Source: Basidiobolus meristosporus CBS 931.73 (taxonomy: Eukaryota; Fungi; Basidiobolomycota). From it: DNA of 64,000 nt. Position 1 is the first letter of the stretch, and each line of letters opens with the position of its first letter. This document shows, in pieces, positions 49,101 through 63,300 of the stretch. A program made the position numbers and the translations under genes. The stretch is taken from NCBI GenBank assembly GCA_002104905.1, contig MCFE01000331.1:29075-93074 (forward strand), in the 5' to 3' direction. The notes under the pieces were generated by a model that saw only the letters and a program-made list of their open reading frames with translations, was not told the origin of the DNA and ran no database searches.

Positions 49101-51120
49101 GTCTTGCTCACTGGAGGGCTTTCTCCTGTGTGAATGGCATGATCCATGTCTCTGACTGGTGATAGGCTTACAAGCTCATCTAGAAACACATCTGAATATT
49201 TCTTCAAGAGAGTCTGGACATGCTGGGGTGCTGGGGCAGCGGAATCCTCCTGTAATACTGCCATGAGGAACATCTGGATGCCTTTTCTAAGTGCTCTACA
49301 GAACTGGGTCTTGCTATGTTCACTTGTCTCACACATACTGGAATTGACCAAGTTGGAATCTGGCCTAGCAGGTAATAGCTCATAGGTCTTGTTGTATTTT
49401 GGATCTGAATAGCATGGGTTCTCCAGTTGATTGATGGATTACAACAAAATAGCCAGGTTTTTCCAAGTACAAGGTCAAACTTGCAGTTCCCAATTATATA
49501 AGCCTGTAGGTCTTCTTCATAGTCATTGATCTTCATTCTTACTGGCTGAGTGATACGGTTGATTATGTGTGAGTTCCCATCAGCTGTTGAGACGGAAGTA
49601 GATTTGGTAGGTTCCAAGTTGATTCCAGCTTTCAAAGCAAATTGCTCTGACATGTACTCATAAGATGCTCCTGAGTCAATCATGATCTTGGCATGTACTC
49701 CATTGATTACTCCATTCAAGTATAATAGCTTTCCTGAGTTTGAGGTCATCTGGGATAGGTATTCTTCTGTCATATGGAGGGTGAGTTCTGAGTCTTCTTC
49801 AAGTTCATCCTCCATGTTACTATGCTCTATGGCCTCAATACGGTTGAAGGTTCTTGATGGCTGGTGTCTATTTCTTCCCTGAGGGCAGTACTTTGCAATA
49901 TGTCCTTGCTGGTGGCAATTGAAGCAAAGTCCTTTCTTCTTACATTCTTCTGAGGTAGGATTCTTCTGCATAGCATCTATTTCCATTGGTACTGCTTCTG
50001 ACTGTCTTCTTTCATAATGATTGTAGCCTTTCAGATTTGTCACTGTAGGCTTCCCAACTCCAAACATAGCTGAGTCATAGTCAATGGCAATCTTTATGGC
50101 TTCTCTGATAGTCTGAGGTCTTCAATACTTCACTTCTTCACAAGTTCTTTCTTTCAGCCCATCAATAAAGTATTCAACTTGATCCAGGGGGTCCATTCTT
50201 TCAATTTATTCAAGTAGACATCTGTACTCATAGATGTATTCTTGAACCATTCCATTCTGTATGAGTGTCTTTAACTTCCTTCTTGGTAGTGTCTGTTGGT
50301 GTGGAGGCTCAAAAGTATCCTGAATTTCCAACACAGACTCATCCCAGGTTAAAATTGTAGAGCATCCCATCACAGTGACTGACCTGATCTTGTTGTGGTA
50401 TCACTGTAAAGCTGCATCTGCCAGGTAAGAATCTGCATAGTGCAACTTGCTTTCTGGAGCAATTCCTTTGGCTTTAAAAGCTTCTTCAATCTGAAAGAGC
50501 CAAGTTTACAGATTTTTATTGACTCTGCCATGATACCGGTTGACCTTCACACTAAAGTTGCTCTTGACAGGGCTTTGCTGGCTCAGCGCCATGGTAGTCA
50601 TTCCTTGTTGCTGTTGGCTGAGGATCTGGAGTAATAGTTGCTGTTGGGCCAGGATTTGCTGCATGGCATGCTTCTATTCTTGATTGTCCAACATCTTGAG
50701 GGTGGTTTCTTCTTTCTTCAGGAGGGAGGTTACTGGTTATCACTGCTACCAATTTTACAAATCTTTGTATAAGAGTTGTAGAGGAATAGGGAGTTTAGCT
50801 AGTATTGTATTCACTAAAACTTGAACTGATTTTTATTGAGGTTCCAGCAGTTCCTTATACACATTTTGCCAGATCAATTGCTGACTAATTGTATTTCCTA
50901 ATGTAGGTTGTGGCTGATGCCTCATTTGATTGCATCATCATCAACCAATAAGATCCTACTTAATATGTCTATTTCTGTCTGATAAGGATCTGCTGATTCA
51001 TTTGCTGACTAATGCTACTGATTTGATAGATAATACTGATACACTGATAACCTAAACACATGCTAACTAATTTGACTAAAAACTGATCTAACTTAAACAT
51101 TCAAGCAGCAGATCATAACA
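46189..51120 (-). mobile_element. Ty3/gypsy full-length defective element (3' LTR 46189-46554, 5' LTR 50753-51120)
   Basis: All domains present but frameshifted. No matching TSD (TCATA vs ATGAA). Confidence 0.95.
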
Positions 51121-53149
51121 ATGAATGAACTTACTAGGTTGCCAAGCTTAAGAATACAAGACTTCAGAAAAGAGTTTACTTTGTGCACAGATGCTTCAGA
51201 TTATGCAATTGGCAGAGTATTGAGCCAAGAACATGAATGAAAGGGATACCCACTTGCTTTTGAATTAAATAAACTGTTCTCAACAGATCAGAACTATCCA
51301 TTGCATGAGAAAGAGATGCTTACAATAATACATTGCTTGCAGACCTGGAGAAGCTACATTGAAGGAGTCAAGTGCACTGTGAAGACTGAACATGCCTCAC
51401 TCAGGTATATATCTGCTTGGAAGGTACTCTCCAGAACACTGACAAGTTGGGTGAATACATTCAGCTATGACTTGATGTTTGTCTACTGCCCTGGGAGAAA
51501 CAGCACAGTTGCAAATGCCTTATCCACAATAGAATAAGTTGTTTAACTCAACTTGGTGCATGAATCCAATTGGCCTAGCTTATTAACAAAGTACTTGGAG
51601 GACCAAGCCATTCCTAATGAGGTGGATGAAGGGATCAAGAAGATAAGCCAGGATAAAGACAAAAAACTGGTAATACTTGATGAAAAACTCTTCCAAATTG
51701 TTGATAGATGCCCCATTACCCATTGCCCTTGTATTGCTTGCCTGGATTTAATATATAAGTAACACAATGGATATAGAAATCTTGAAATTGAAGGAACCTA
51801 TAGCCTTGCCATAGCTATAGTAAAGTGGCCCAGAATGAAACAAAATATCAAGATGCTTGTGAAAAAATGCTCAAATTGCCAAGTCAATTAAGGTCAACCA
51901 CCAAGAATTGCAGAATGGCTTCCCTTGGAGCCTGTAAGACCACTTTGGAGAAAGGAAGCTGACTTTATTTGAGGGCTGCCAACCACCAGAAATGCAACCC
52001 ATGGATCTTAGATGTAATGAACTATGCCACTAAAAGGCAAGTGGCTAAAGCTGTACTTGTAGCCAGCAGACAAGAAGTTGCAAGTTTCATCTACCACATG
52101 ATCTTTACAAATCTTGGATGTCCTGAAGAAACTTTATATGATAGAGGAGCAAACTTGATGGCAAAGACTCCTGTAAAAATAATTTGATCCCACAGGTATA
52201 TTCAATCCAGCTCAGCTGTCAGGATCCCATTAAGAGACTGTCATAATACCAGCAACTTGGAATTAATGACCCTCTTAACAATCTTTTGATGGGTTTACAA
52301 TAATGTTTTGCTAATTTCACTACCAAATAAAGTGATAAAACTTGACAGGGTTTAATTGGTGCTGTGACAATAATTGCATGGTATTGTTGCAGTCTTATTG
52401 TGCTTCACAACTATTGTGAATGAATCTTACCAGCCACAACATATAATTGCATTATATGGCAAGAAGCTTGATGGTATTTCAACAAGCTTACAGCAAGACT
52501 CTGATGGCATTATATTGGCAGTATGGTGGCCTTCAGCTGGTTCTGTACAATGCTACCATACCAATTTACCAAATGGTATTTACTTTTCTACCTCCCCTTG
52601 TGCAATGCATATATTCCACTGTAGAATCACCCCACTTTATTTGCTTAACCACTACTACCTTGGGTATTCCACATATAGTTTGAATCAAAAAAACTATGGC
52701 CTCCTGCTTACTAACCTCTACAAACACACACACTACTATGGTGACTCCCCATGCTCTCTAAACAAAATCAACCTTGGAGAAGCAAGTTAGTCAAAGAACT
52801 TTGGGGACAAAGCTCCCTCTTAACCCTTGGGATATGTGAGTATTAAATGTAGTACCCACTCATTGCCCAAGAGTTCCCCCCAGAGTCCTAACCAAAGTCC
52901 CCCAGTATCCTCCCTATGATTCCTCCAGGCACCCTCCCTCCTATCCCTGCCCTTATTTAGTTAGAACACTTACCATAACAGGAAGGTGTTCATACCCCTA
53001 TTTTATAGCACATTGTCTATTATCTAAGCCCCCCAAGTGATATATATATACATATGCAATTGAACCAAGTAAAAGTACAACAGGATTTGGATGGAATAAA
53101 CGCAAGTCTGTATTACCTTGCTACCTTTTATAGAAGCTATTCTGAACCA

Positions 53150-55450
53150 AGTGGTACTGACTTGACCTACAAGCACTCCCACTCACAAATTACAGTCAGT
53201 AACAACCCACACCATATACCTTGTACAGCTGGTGGCATACACATCTTGCAAACATTTGCTTAGTTGCAGCCACTTCTGCCATGAATACCTCCTTAATATC
53301 TGCAAAGAGCCTCATGGTATTTAGCCAATATATTACTTCTCCCTGCTGGGCCCCAGTCCCTCTCATAGGCATGCTCTGACATTTATTTGTGGGAATTCTG
53401 TACTGAATGATGTCAAAGTTGGCTTGTGACCAAGAGAAATCCAGCATACCTAGGTAGAGTTATCCTAATAAAAATCAGTACCTGTTGCACTCAGCCCAAC
53501 TTTGCATTACTGAACTGATTACCCACACATTGGGGCTGCTTATCTTCTTTATGACATAGGCATAGGTGTCTCCATGTGCACATTTGTCCTCAGTATTTTC
53601 CAACTCTTCATGGCTGTCCTCCATGTGCTCACTCATCACATCCATGATGGACATGAGGGGAACACTCTAGATGAGATTGGGATATGGTAGTACCTGAGAC
53701 TTGATCTGTGTCCTATCTCCCCACACATCTGCTCCATAGGAAACTCCCAAAAGGTGAAGCAAGGCCCAAAATTTCTGACACATTGTGCGGAATGGAATAG
53801 AGAATGGATGCAGTTGCAGCAGAGATATACACATTCAGCTTTATGATTGTAGTATAGCCTCTCAAATCCTGTTACAAACTCCTTGCACAACAGCAATAGA
53901 TGCATCATGCTGGCATTGGTGATCTGCTTTGGATAAACATTCCTACAATGTCCACATATGACTCCCAGTGCTTCCAATGTATTCTTGGTAGGAATGGGTT
54001 CAGAACACCACTTGAATAAATACATATCCAGTTCATCCAGTTGTTGCATAGGCGTATGAGTATTAATTGGCACCTGTGAGAAGTACTTAGGGTAGCAGAT
54101 ACTCTGCAATATGTTGCCAGTTCTTTCAAATTTCTCCGGTATCTTGAAGGGCTTATTTAGCTTGAAATGCTGCATGTACCACTTGGTCATCAGTATAGGG
54201 ATATTGTTGAAATGCAAATGCATGGCTCCCAGTGGACAGCTTTTGCTCCAACAGATACCCTCTATTTTAAGTATCTCAGGCTTTCAATTGATTCCGTATT
54301 CCAGCCAATGGCTTATAGCTTGCCAACTTTGCTGCAATTGCATGCTGACCCCTGTATGTTCTCTCTGTGGGAAGATGATGTTCTTAGTGCTGGTGTTTGG
54401 GTAATAATAATGTGTGTTAGTTATGGAGTAAATCCCCTGGATCTCACACATTCAACAGCAATATTGCTCAATGTGCCCATAAAAACCTGCTATCTTGCTG
54501 ATGGCTGAGGTATCTCCAATGTAGATAATAATATGTGCTTTTGCATGATAGCCATTTACTGTTATCCTGCTGGAAAGCATACAAAATCAATCCAGCATTG
54601 GATACAGGTAGCTATCCAGGTTAAACAATAATTTAGGCCCAGATACCAGTGAGACTACCATCAGATTATTGCTCTGATACCGCAAGATGGGGGTAAATTC
54701 AGATTGATGAGAATCAGTGGCCAGCAGGATTTGCTGGTAGAGTACTTGTTTAATGGGAATCCATCAAGTGCTAAGGCAGAGGCATGGTCATACATACCTT
54801 CAAAGTAGCCCTTGCTTCTTAGCTGTATTTAATGTTTGCCCTGAACATATTGGATATGTTTGTGCCTGATTGATACTGAGTGCGGTACTGTATAGCTTTG
54901 CAATATTTATTGGACTGCATCAGCTTCCTCAGATAGGGTATGACCAGAATATATCTGGAGTGTGAACAATGCTTCCCTTAGTGGTGGTGGATTCCTAACA
55001 ATTTGGAGATGTTCAAATGTAAGCATTTTTGGATGTGAATGCCATGCAACTGTTAACACATGCTGGAACCAGGACAGTCTCTGGATCATATGCTGCCAGC
55101 TGCATGATGGTTGTCCACATGTACCTTGTACATGTTAAGTTGTATCCCAGAATGATTCTGGCAAGAAGTAGTAATCAATCCTTGAAGCCCTCATTACTAA
55201 TATTAGTGGAAATATGCCACTGCTCTGGCCACAACATTACATCATTCACCAGTAGATGGATTACTGGGCTCACTTGGCTCCATAAAGTAACCTTGGCATT
55301 TGTTTCAATGAGTATTGTCTCATTGCATATAGGATTGGACTGAGCTCATATATGGCACTGTTGTTGGAGGAGATAAGCTCACAATCCATCAGTAAACATT
55401 CCTTGTCAGCGCTATCACTCTGCATGCCATATTCAAAAGGCTGAGGTGAG
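53150..55450 (-). pseudogene. Tnp2/EnSpm-type transposase, decayed
   Basis: YDP....ACVNSCMAFT (near 55050), FERLYY, and IHSLFHSAQCVRNFGPCFTFWEFPMEQMCG (CACTA C-terminal H..H....GP....W.FP.E motif). Confidence 0.85.
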
Positions 55451-56329
55451 CCTAAAGGCATCACAAACTCTACTAACTCAGTTTGCACATGGTGGCAAAG
55501 ATGCCCAGGTGCCAATAGAACTATTAACTGGCCAGCAAGATAATGTTGGTACATTAGTGACCAATGAATGGTCAAATATGACTTATGTGGCAAAATGCTG
55601 GCTGTAATCCTTGTAATACTTCCTATACTGTCAGCATGCTTCATGGTTAAGAGGCATGCTACAATGGCCACATGGTCTTTTTTCTCTTCTCTTACAGTGT
55701 TGAGTCAAAGAAGTCTTGTCCATGGGGCAAACAGTTTGACCTCCAACAATGTGACGCTATTATATCACTTTTTGGTCAATACTTATGTGAGCTTAAGACA
55801 GTCTTGTGTATGAGACATTGCACCTACATGAATGTAAGATTCAATGCCAACTTGCCATAGTGAGCATTATAAGTAAAGTTGTGTCACCACATACACATGG
55901 ATATGTAACACTATTTCCCCTTTGGTACAGCTCACTTCCATATATATGCTGCCACAAGATAAAGCAAAGTTGTATGATTCCCAACTAAGCCTCACCACTG
56001 ATGGCAACAGAAGAATGGTTGGACAACAGCTTGCTTTGACTTTAGTGCAACAAGTAGGGCTACATCCAAAAAAAGCCATGTTAACAGTGTGCCTACTGAA
56101 GGTAATAATGCAAACTCCTCAGGCTCTCAGTCAAGTAGGCAATTGAGCACATCTGTGGAGCCACAAGCTGACTGTTATGCTCAGGCAGATGAGAATGTAG
56201 CAAATGCAGTACCCTCAGTTCAAAACTAGCAGGTGGCCATCAGAACATCACCACCACCTATACTAGCAAGTGTGTTGTCAGCTCATACCAAAGTATTGAT
56301 GAAGCAATCAGGTGCAGTGGCTAATAGGA

Positions 56330-57913
56330 TTGATGCAATGGCCCAGAGAAATCAGGAAATAGTCCAGAAACAAGATGAACAGATAATATGTGTAGAGAAA
56401 TCAATATTGCAGGTGTAGAAAGCAGTATCTTTGCTGCATAGAAGGAACTCAAGTAGCTCAATGTCACAGCCAAGAATTGAGCCATTTCCTGATGAAACAG
56501 CAGAGGAACACTGTACAGTCTTGGAAGCACAACAAGAGTGCCTAAGGCTAAAGCCCACAGAATAACCTATCACAGCATGGGAGGGAGACATTGAGGTGTT
56601 TATACCAAAGTCTAAAACTCAAAAGGCATTGAACATGCTCAAAGCAATTGAGTGTAATAATGAAGAGTGGGCAAATACTCTAGAGGCTGTCAGAAGTCTA
56701 GCATGCCATCACCTTGAGGCTGGTATACAATGGGACCATCAAGAACTCATGGCCTAGCAGAATGCACTTGACTTGTTCTAGGAGCATTATCATGGATTCA
56801 AATGGGCAAACAGATTTTGGGCCAGCATTGGTATGCTAAGAAAGTATCTTAAGAATAGTAGGAATTATCAAAGGCAGAAGAACAAGTGTGCCATGGCTAA
56901 AAACCAGCAGCTTCCTCAAGAGCCGGTTACAAGCAGGGCAAAAAGCTCCAGACAAGCATCAAAGAGATATCAGGTAGCTGGAAGAGTGCCAATTAGGTAC
57001 AAGAAGGCAGATATGGATGCTCTAACACAACACTAATCAAGGAAAAAGCATAGTCCCACTCAAGAAGCATTCAGTCAAAGTAGCAGTGAGGATCAGGTGG
57101 TGATAAAACCAGCAGCTTTTAAAGGAGCCTATCACAACTGCTATTGAGAGCTTGAAACAAGCAGAAAAGAAAGGTCAGGTTGCCAGAGGAGTGCCAGCAA
57201 GAGACAGTCAGGCCAAGACCAATGAGTTATAGCAGAACTCATCAAGGAGAAGACGTAGTTCATAACAATAAGCACTCAGAAAAAGTAGCAGTGAAAGACC
57301 TGGCAGTGATAAAAAAAATGGTAAAGGGAAAACTGTCTACCCAGGACTGAGACAGGGAGGCTTGCAAGAGAAACTGCAGTTCTGGTCAATTAATGCTGCA
57401 AGCCTGGAACAGACTGAATCTCTTCACAGCCAAGAAGAAATTCCATCAAGAAAACAGTGGTTTTCACAAGAGTTGGAAGCACAGCCTGTTGAGCTACACT
57501 CCAGCAAGGTAGATGGGTCTGCAGGAAAAGGCAATTTGTCTACCATGGCCTCCACATCCTCCATTGCTGACAGAGTGGAGATCCCACTGACAGATAAGAC
57601 TACAATGTCAAGAACTCAAAAGACTATCACAATGCCTCCAGTGGAATTTTGGAACATTTATTGGCACACCAAGAGGTTACAGCACTTCTTCAAGAGCAGT
57701 GCTCAAGAATATGCACCTAAATATTGCAAGGATTTATTGCAAAGACTGGCAGATGAGGTACTAGATGTTGCAATGCCAGCTGAAGACCAGGATGTGTTGG
57801 AACAAGTGAATGAACAGTGGCATAAAGCCATTGGGTTCCCACTAAATTGTGGAACCAGAGCATTACAGCAGAAATACTTATTAAGTGGGGGTTTTGATGG
57901 AGTTACTTGCTGA
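56330..57913 (+). pseudogene. CMC element ORF2, decayed
   Basis: Coiled-coil N-terminus (MAQRNQEIVQKQDEQI), then EAVRSLACHHL..W..Q..FWASIGMLRKYLKNSRNYQRQK, then a low-complexity basic region. Conserved in three copies. Confidence 0.7.
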
Positions 57914-59317
57914 GTGTGAGGCTGGGCTTGATATTAATGTAGGGAGTAGGGACTTGTATATGTCAACACAATTGGCAATTGAGGTACAATTGAAGTTTCA
58001 ACAGAAATAAATCAATTTGTATGCACAAAAAGGAAGAGAAATGGTTGAGTCAGGAAGTAAGGATTGTGAAAAAGAGGCAATAGCTTATCAATGCACCCAA
58101 ACATAGGAGGTGATAAAGTGTCCAGGATCAGAATCTGAGCAAATTGGCAGGGAACCAATCAAAAGCCACTTTTGCACTGTTGTGATGAAAAACCTCACCA
58201 AGTTTATTGTGAAATCTGGGATGCAATTATTTTTCTACTGTCTCTGGATGGTCTCTTGATGAAATCAATACCTATTAGCTACAGGACTTCAGCTTTGTGA
58301 TGGCCTTTTGATGGGATCATTACAATAATTCTACATAGGGGACACTGGAAGCTTACCTGGATATGCAGTAGATCAAACACTTCAAAACCTTGGCATATCA
58401 CCCTAGATCCAATGGAGTTACTGATCAGTTCAATAGATTATTTACAAAAATGCTGACCAAGTATGCAAATGAAGGTGTCAGTAGGTGGGACAGGTGTATA
58501 CACCAAGCACTTTTTTTCTGCAGAGTTAGAGTGCACAACACCCCACAAGTGCCATTTCCACTTGCTGTATGAATGTGAACCAAGGATCTCAGGAGATCTC
58601 ACACCACCAAGGCTTATAGATGCCTTAGATGGTGAGCTCAGTCAGCCAAGTGGACAGCAATAACTGGAAAAAAGATGTTCAGAGGCACAGACCAAAGTAA
58701 TCCAAAGTGCACAAAAGATGAAGCCAAGATATGATAAGACAATATCTCCAAAAGCATTGACAGCTGGGAACTTTGTATTGCTGAGATATAACAACTGGAA
58801 AAAGCTTGGGCCACAATGGACAGAACCATTCAAGATCATCAGAGAATGTCCATTTGCAACCTACCAACTAGTGGACAAACAAGGGAATATCTGGGAAAAT
58901 CTTGTTTATAGAGACAGACTCAAGCTTGCAAGACTTGCCAACAGCACTGAACCATTAAGATATTGGAACCACAAGAAAAGAGATTCAGGAGAACTGTTGT
59001 GTTGTATTATGATTAGTTTGGGGCTTGTTCTACAATGTAGAGGCTAATCAACAATATACAACAACTTCCAGTATGCTAATACTGAAATAGTTTATTGGGA
59101 GTTTGATATACCAATAGAAGATATAACTTTCACTAATTTCCTCAATCTTAGGCTCAAAATATACTGTAGGCAGTGTTTATCACTTCTACAGCAGTGTTCT
59201 GACCTTCTGTCAACTAATGGGCTTATTGACTTTTATAGTAACTTTTCCTTATTAGGAAGTCACTTTCCTTTCTGAGAGAATATTTCCTAATATGGAAATT
59301 CTGACCTCCCTTTTAAC

Positions 59318-59560
59318 CTAAAGGGGTGTGTTGTAGAAGTCTCTAAAGGGGTCTTTAGACCTAAAGGGGTGTCTAAAGGGGTGTGTTTAGAGTCAAGGGG
59401 CTTCTTGTAGTGGTCTCTAAAGTGGACTTTACACTAAAGGGGTACCTAAAGGGGCTTCTTTAGAGTAAAGGGGTTTCTTAAAGGGGTCTCTAAAGGGGTC
59501 TTTAGACTAAAGGGGTGTCTAAAGGGGTGTCTTTAGAGTAAAGGGGTTTCTTAGAGGGGA
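59318..59560. repeat. G-tract minisatellite (CTAAAGGGGT motif, ~73-bp higher-order unit x3)
   Basis: About 14 GGGG tracts in ~245 bp; unit CTCTAAAGGGGTCTTTAGACTAAAGGGGTGTCTAAAGGGGTGTCTTTAGAGTAAAGGGGTTTCTT. Confidence 0.9.
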
Positions 59561-59952
59561 CTTTTCCAACAGAAAAGTGGTAGTTTCTTGTAGAACTTAG
59601 ATTGGATTCTTGTGAGCTTTGCAGTCTCTTTACTGATGTAGTACTGATCAAAGTCAGAATACTCAACAGTGCAAGTGATGCAGGGGAAGTCTTATAGCCT
59701 TTAAACTTGTAATTGTAGTGTGGAGATTCTGGAAAGAGAGGCTCTCGCTTTATTTTTCAGCTGGGGAAGTCATATATATGAAAATTTTGAAGGATCAAAG
59801 TTTTTGGGCAATTGCGCAATCGATACACGTGATACAAAGCTAAAATTTTGCAGTGTTGCAGATCGGACATAGGTGCAGCACCTGTGAAAATTTCACAATA
59901 TTGGATTGGCTGGTTTGAAAGTTACATGCAATCAAAGTCACCATAGTAATCC

Positions 59953-60320
59953 TGTTACAAGTCTTGGTATAAGAGTTGTAGAGGAATAGGGAGTTTAGCT
60001 AGTATTGTATTCACTAAAACTTGAACTGATTTTTATTGAGGTTCCAGCAGCTCCTTATATACATTTTGCCAGATCAATTGCTGACTAATTGTATTTCCTA
60101 ATGTAGGTTGTGGCTGATGACTCATTTGATTGCATCATCATCACCCAATAAGATCCTACTTAATATATCTATTTCTGTCTGATAAGGATCTGCTGATTCA
60201 TTTGCTGACTAATGCTACTGATTTCATAGATAATACTGATATACTGATAACCTAAACATATACTAATTGATTTGACTAAAAACTGATCTAACTTAAACAT
60301 TCAAGCGGCAGATCATAACA
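59953..60320 (-). repeat. 3' LTR of the intact gypsy element (368 bp), preceded by PPT TAGGGGAGAA
   Basis: Sense TGTTATGA...TGTAACA; PPT at 60321-60330. Confidence 0.95.
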
Positions 60321-60330
60321 TTCTCCCCTA

Positions 60331-63300
60331 CTAAAGTTGAGAGGGTTCTCCTGAATCTCTTTTCTTGTGATACCAATATCTTGATGGTTCAGTATTATCA
60401 GCAAGTCTTGCAAGCTTGAGTCTGTCCCTATGCACTAAGTCTTCCCGGATATTGCCTTGTTTGTCCACCAGTTGGTAAGTTGCAAATGGACATTCTCTGA
60501 TGATCTTGAATGGTCCTGTCCATTGTGGCTCAAACTTCTTCCGAGTGTTGTTTCTTAGCAATACAAAGTTCCCAACTGTCAATGCTTCTGGTGCTATAGT
60601 CTTATCAAATCTCTGCTTCATCTTTTCTGCACTTTGAGATACTTTGGTCTGTGCCTCTTGACGTCTTTGTTCCAGTTGCTGGTGTCTACTTGGCTGACTG
60701 AGTTCATCTTCTAAGGTGTCTGTAAGCTTTGGTTGTGTGAGATCTCCTGGAATCCTTGGTTCACATCCATAAACTAAGTAAAATGGTGATTGCTGGGTGG
60801 TGTTGTGTACTCTGACTCTGCATGCAAAGAGTGCTTGGTCTATATACTCATCCCATCTACTGACAACTCCATTTGCATACTTGGTCAGCATTTTTCCAAA
60901 TAATCCATTAAACCGCTCAGTGACTCCATTAGTTCTGGGGTGATATGCCGAGGTTTTCAAGTGTCTGATCTGCTGCATTTCCAGGTAAGCCTCTAATGTC
61001 TTTGCCATAAAGTTTGCACCTCTATCGGATAAGATCTCCACAGGGCATCCAAACTTCATCAGGATCTCATGGTAAATGAAACTTGCAACTTCTTGTTCAC
61101 TGGCTATTGGTACAGCTTTAGCAACTGGCCATTTAGTGGCATGGTCAATTGCTACTAGGATCCAACGGTTGCATTTCCTGGTAGTTGGCAGTCTTCCAAT
61201 AAAGTCAATTCCCCATCTCTCAAATGGTCTTACAGGCTCCAAAGGGAAGAGTTTGGCAATTCTTTGTGGCTGGCCTTGATTGATTTGGCAGTTTGGGCAT
61301 GTTTTCACTAGCTTCTCAATATCTTGTTTCATTCTGGGCCACCATGCTCTGGCTTTCACAAGGCTATAGGTTCCTTCAATCCCAAGATGTCCATATCCAT
61401 TGTGTAGCTTATGTATTAAATCCAGGCGAGCAACATAAGGACAATAGGCAATAGGGCTTCCATCAACAATTCGGTAGAGTGTTTCATCCTGTACAACAAA
61501 TTTGCTGGCTTCATCACGGATTATCTTCTTGATATCTTCATCCACCTCATTAGGAATGGCTTGGTCCTCCAAGTACTTTGGTAATAGGCTAGGCCAATCT
61601 GATTCATGCACCAAGTTGAGTTGTGCAACTTGATCTAATCTTGATAAGGCATCAACAACCGTGTTGTTTTTTCCAGGACAGTAGACAATCTCCAGGTCAA
61701 ATTGCTGAATGTATTCACTCCATCTTGTCATTCTTCTAGAGAGTACCTTCTGAGTAAATATATACTTGAGGGAGGCATGATCAGTCTTCACAGTGCATTT
61801 GACTCCTTCAATATAGCATCTCCATGTCTTCAAACAGTGTATTATAGCAAGCATCTCCTTCTCATGAACTGGATAGTTTTGTTCTGCTGAGTTCAGTTTC
61901 TTGGATTCAAAGGCAACAGGGTAGTCCTTTCCCTCGTGTTCTTGGCTCAGCACTCCACCAATTGCATAATCTGAAGCATCTGTGCACAGAGTGAACTCTT
62001 TTCTGAAGTCTGGTATTCTTAAGCTTGGCAGCTTAGCAAGTTCATTCTTTAGTGTCTGGAAGGCAGTCTCACAAGCTATGTCCCACTTGTAGGTATTGTC
62101 TTTCTTGAGGATATCAGTTAAAGGGGCTGCAATACTTGCAAATGACTTGACAAATCTCCGATAATAGGAAACCATTCCAAGGAAGGATCTGAGTTCTGAT
62201 ATGCTATGGGGCTGCTTCAAATTCTTGATTACTTCCACCTTCTTGGGGTCTAAGGTTACTCCTGTGCTAGTCACTATGTGTCCCAGATATTCTACGTGTT
62301 CCTTGAAGAATTCACACTTGGCTAGCTTGCCGTATAGCTTGTTCTCTCTTAGTTTCTTCAAGACCTTTTCAATGTGCACCATGTGATCCTTTTCTGTCTT
62401 GCTGTATATCAATATGTCATCCAGGTAGATTATCACAAACTTGTCTAAGTACTCCTGAAAGACAGTCTGCATCAGCGTCATGAATGTTGCAGGGGCATTA
62501 GTGAGGCCAAAACTCATGACTAAGTACTCGTAATGTCCATATCTGGTCCTGAATGCTGTCTTAGGGATATCTTCTGGTTTCACCCTAATCTGGTTGTATC
62601 CTGACATGAGGTCGATCTTGCTGAAAATAGTGGCTCCATTAAGTTGGTCCAAAAGCTCATCAATCCGAGGTATGGGGTACTTATTCTTGACGGTAACTGA
62701 GTTCAGGGCTCTGTAGTCAATGCACATCCTAAGTGTTCCATCCTTCTTTTTCACAAAAAGCACTGGTGCTCCCCAAGGTGACTTGCTGGGCCTGATGTAT
62801 CCTTGCTCCAATAGCTGATCAATTTGTTTCTTCATTTCCTCCAATTCCAATGGACTCATTCTGTAAGGTGTCTTGCTCACTGGAGGGCTATCTCCTGTGT
62901 CAATGGCATGATCCACATCTCTGACTGGTGGTAGGCTTACAAGCTCATCTGGAAACACGTCTGAATATTTCTTCAAGAGAGTCTGGACCTGCTGGGGTGC
63001 TGGGATAGAGGAATCCTCCTGTAATACCGCCATGAGGAACATCTGGGTACCTTTTCTAAGTGCTCTACAGAACTGGGTCTTGCTAAGTTCACTTGTCTCA
63101 CACACACTGGAATTGACCAAGTTGAAATCCAGCCTGGCAGGTAATAGCTCATAGGTCTTGTTGTCTTTTTGGATCTGAGTAGCATGGGTTCTCCAGTTGA
63201 TTGATGGATTACGACAAAATAGCCAGGTTTTCCCAAGTACAAGGTCAAACTTGCAGTTCCCAAATATATAAGCCTGTAGGTCTTCTTCATAGTCATTGAT

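Larger units (their letters stand above)
52169..58340. mobile_element. CMC/EnSpm (CACTA-like) DNA transposon, apparently full length (~6.2 kb)
   Basis: Imperfect TIRs TCCTGTAAAAATAATTTGATCCC / GGGATCATTACAATAATTCTACATAGGG; GAC (or AC) TSD; transposase (-) and ORF2 (+) arranged divergently. Confidence 0.88.
51121..58995 (+). mobile_element. Decayed gypsy 3' half (RH-INT), split by the CMC insertion (51121-52168 and 58341-58995)
   Basis: GANLMAKT | LEAYLDMQ rejoins in frame when 52169-58340 and one GAC copy are removed. Confidence 0.88.

Noticed and set aside
39549-51120. Simple tandem segmental duplication of one gypsy plus flank
   Set aside because: The spacer is a continuous copia fragment with no duplication junction, the outer flanks differ, and no TSDs match.
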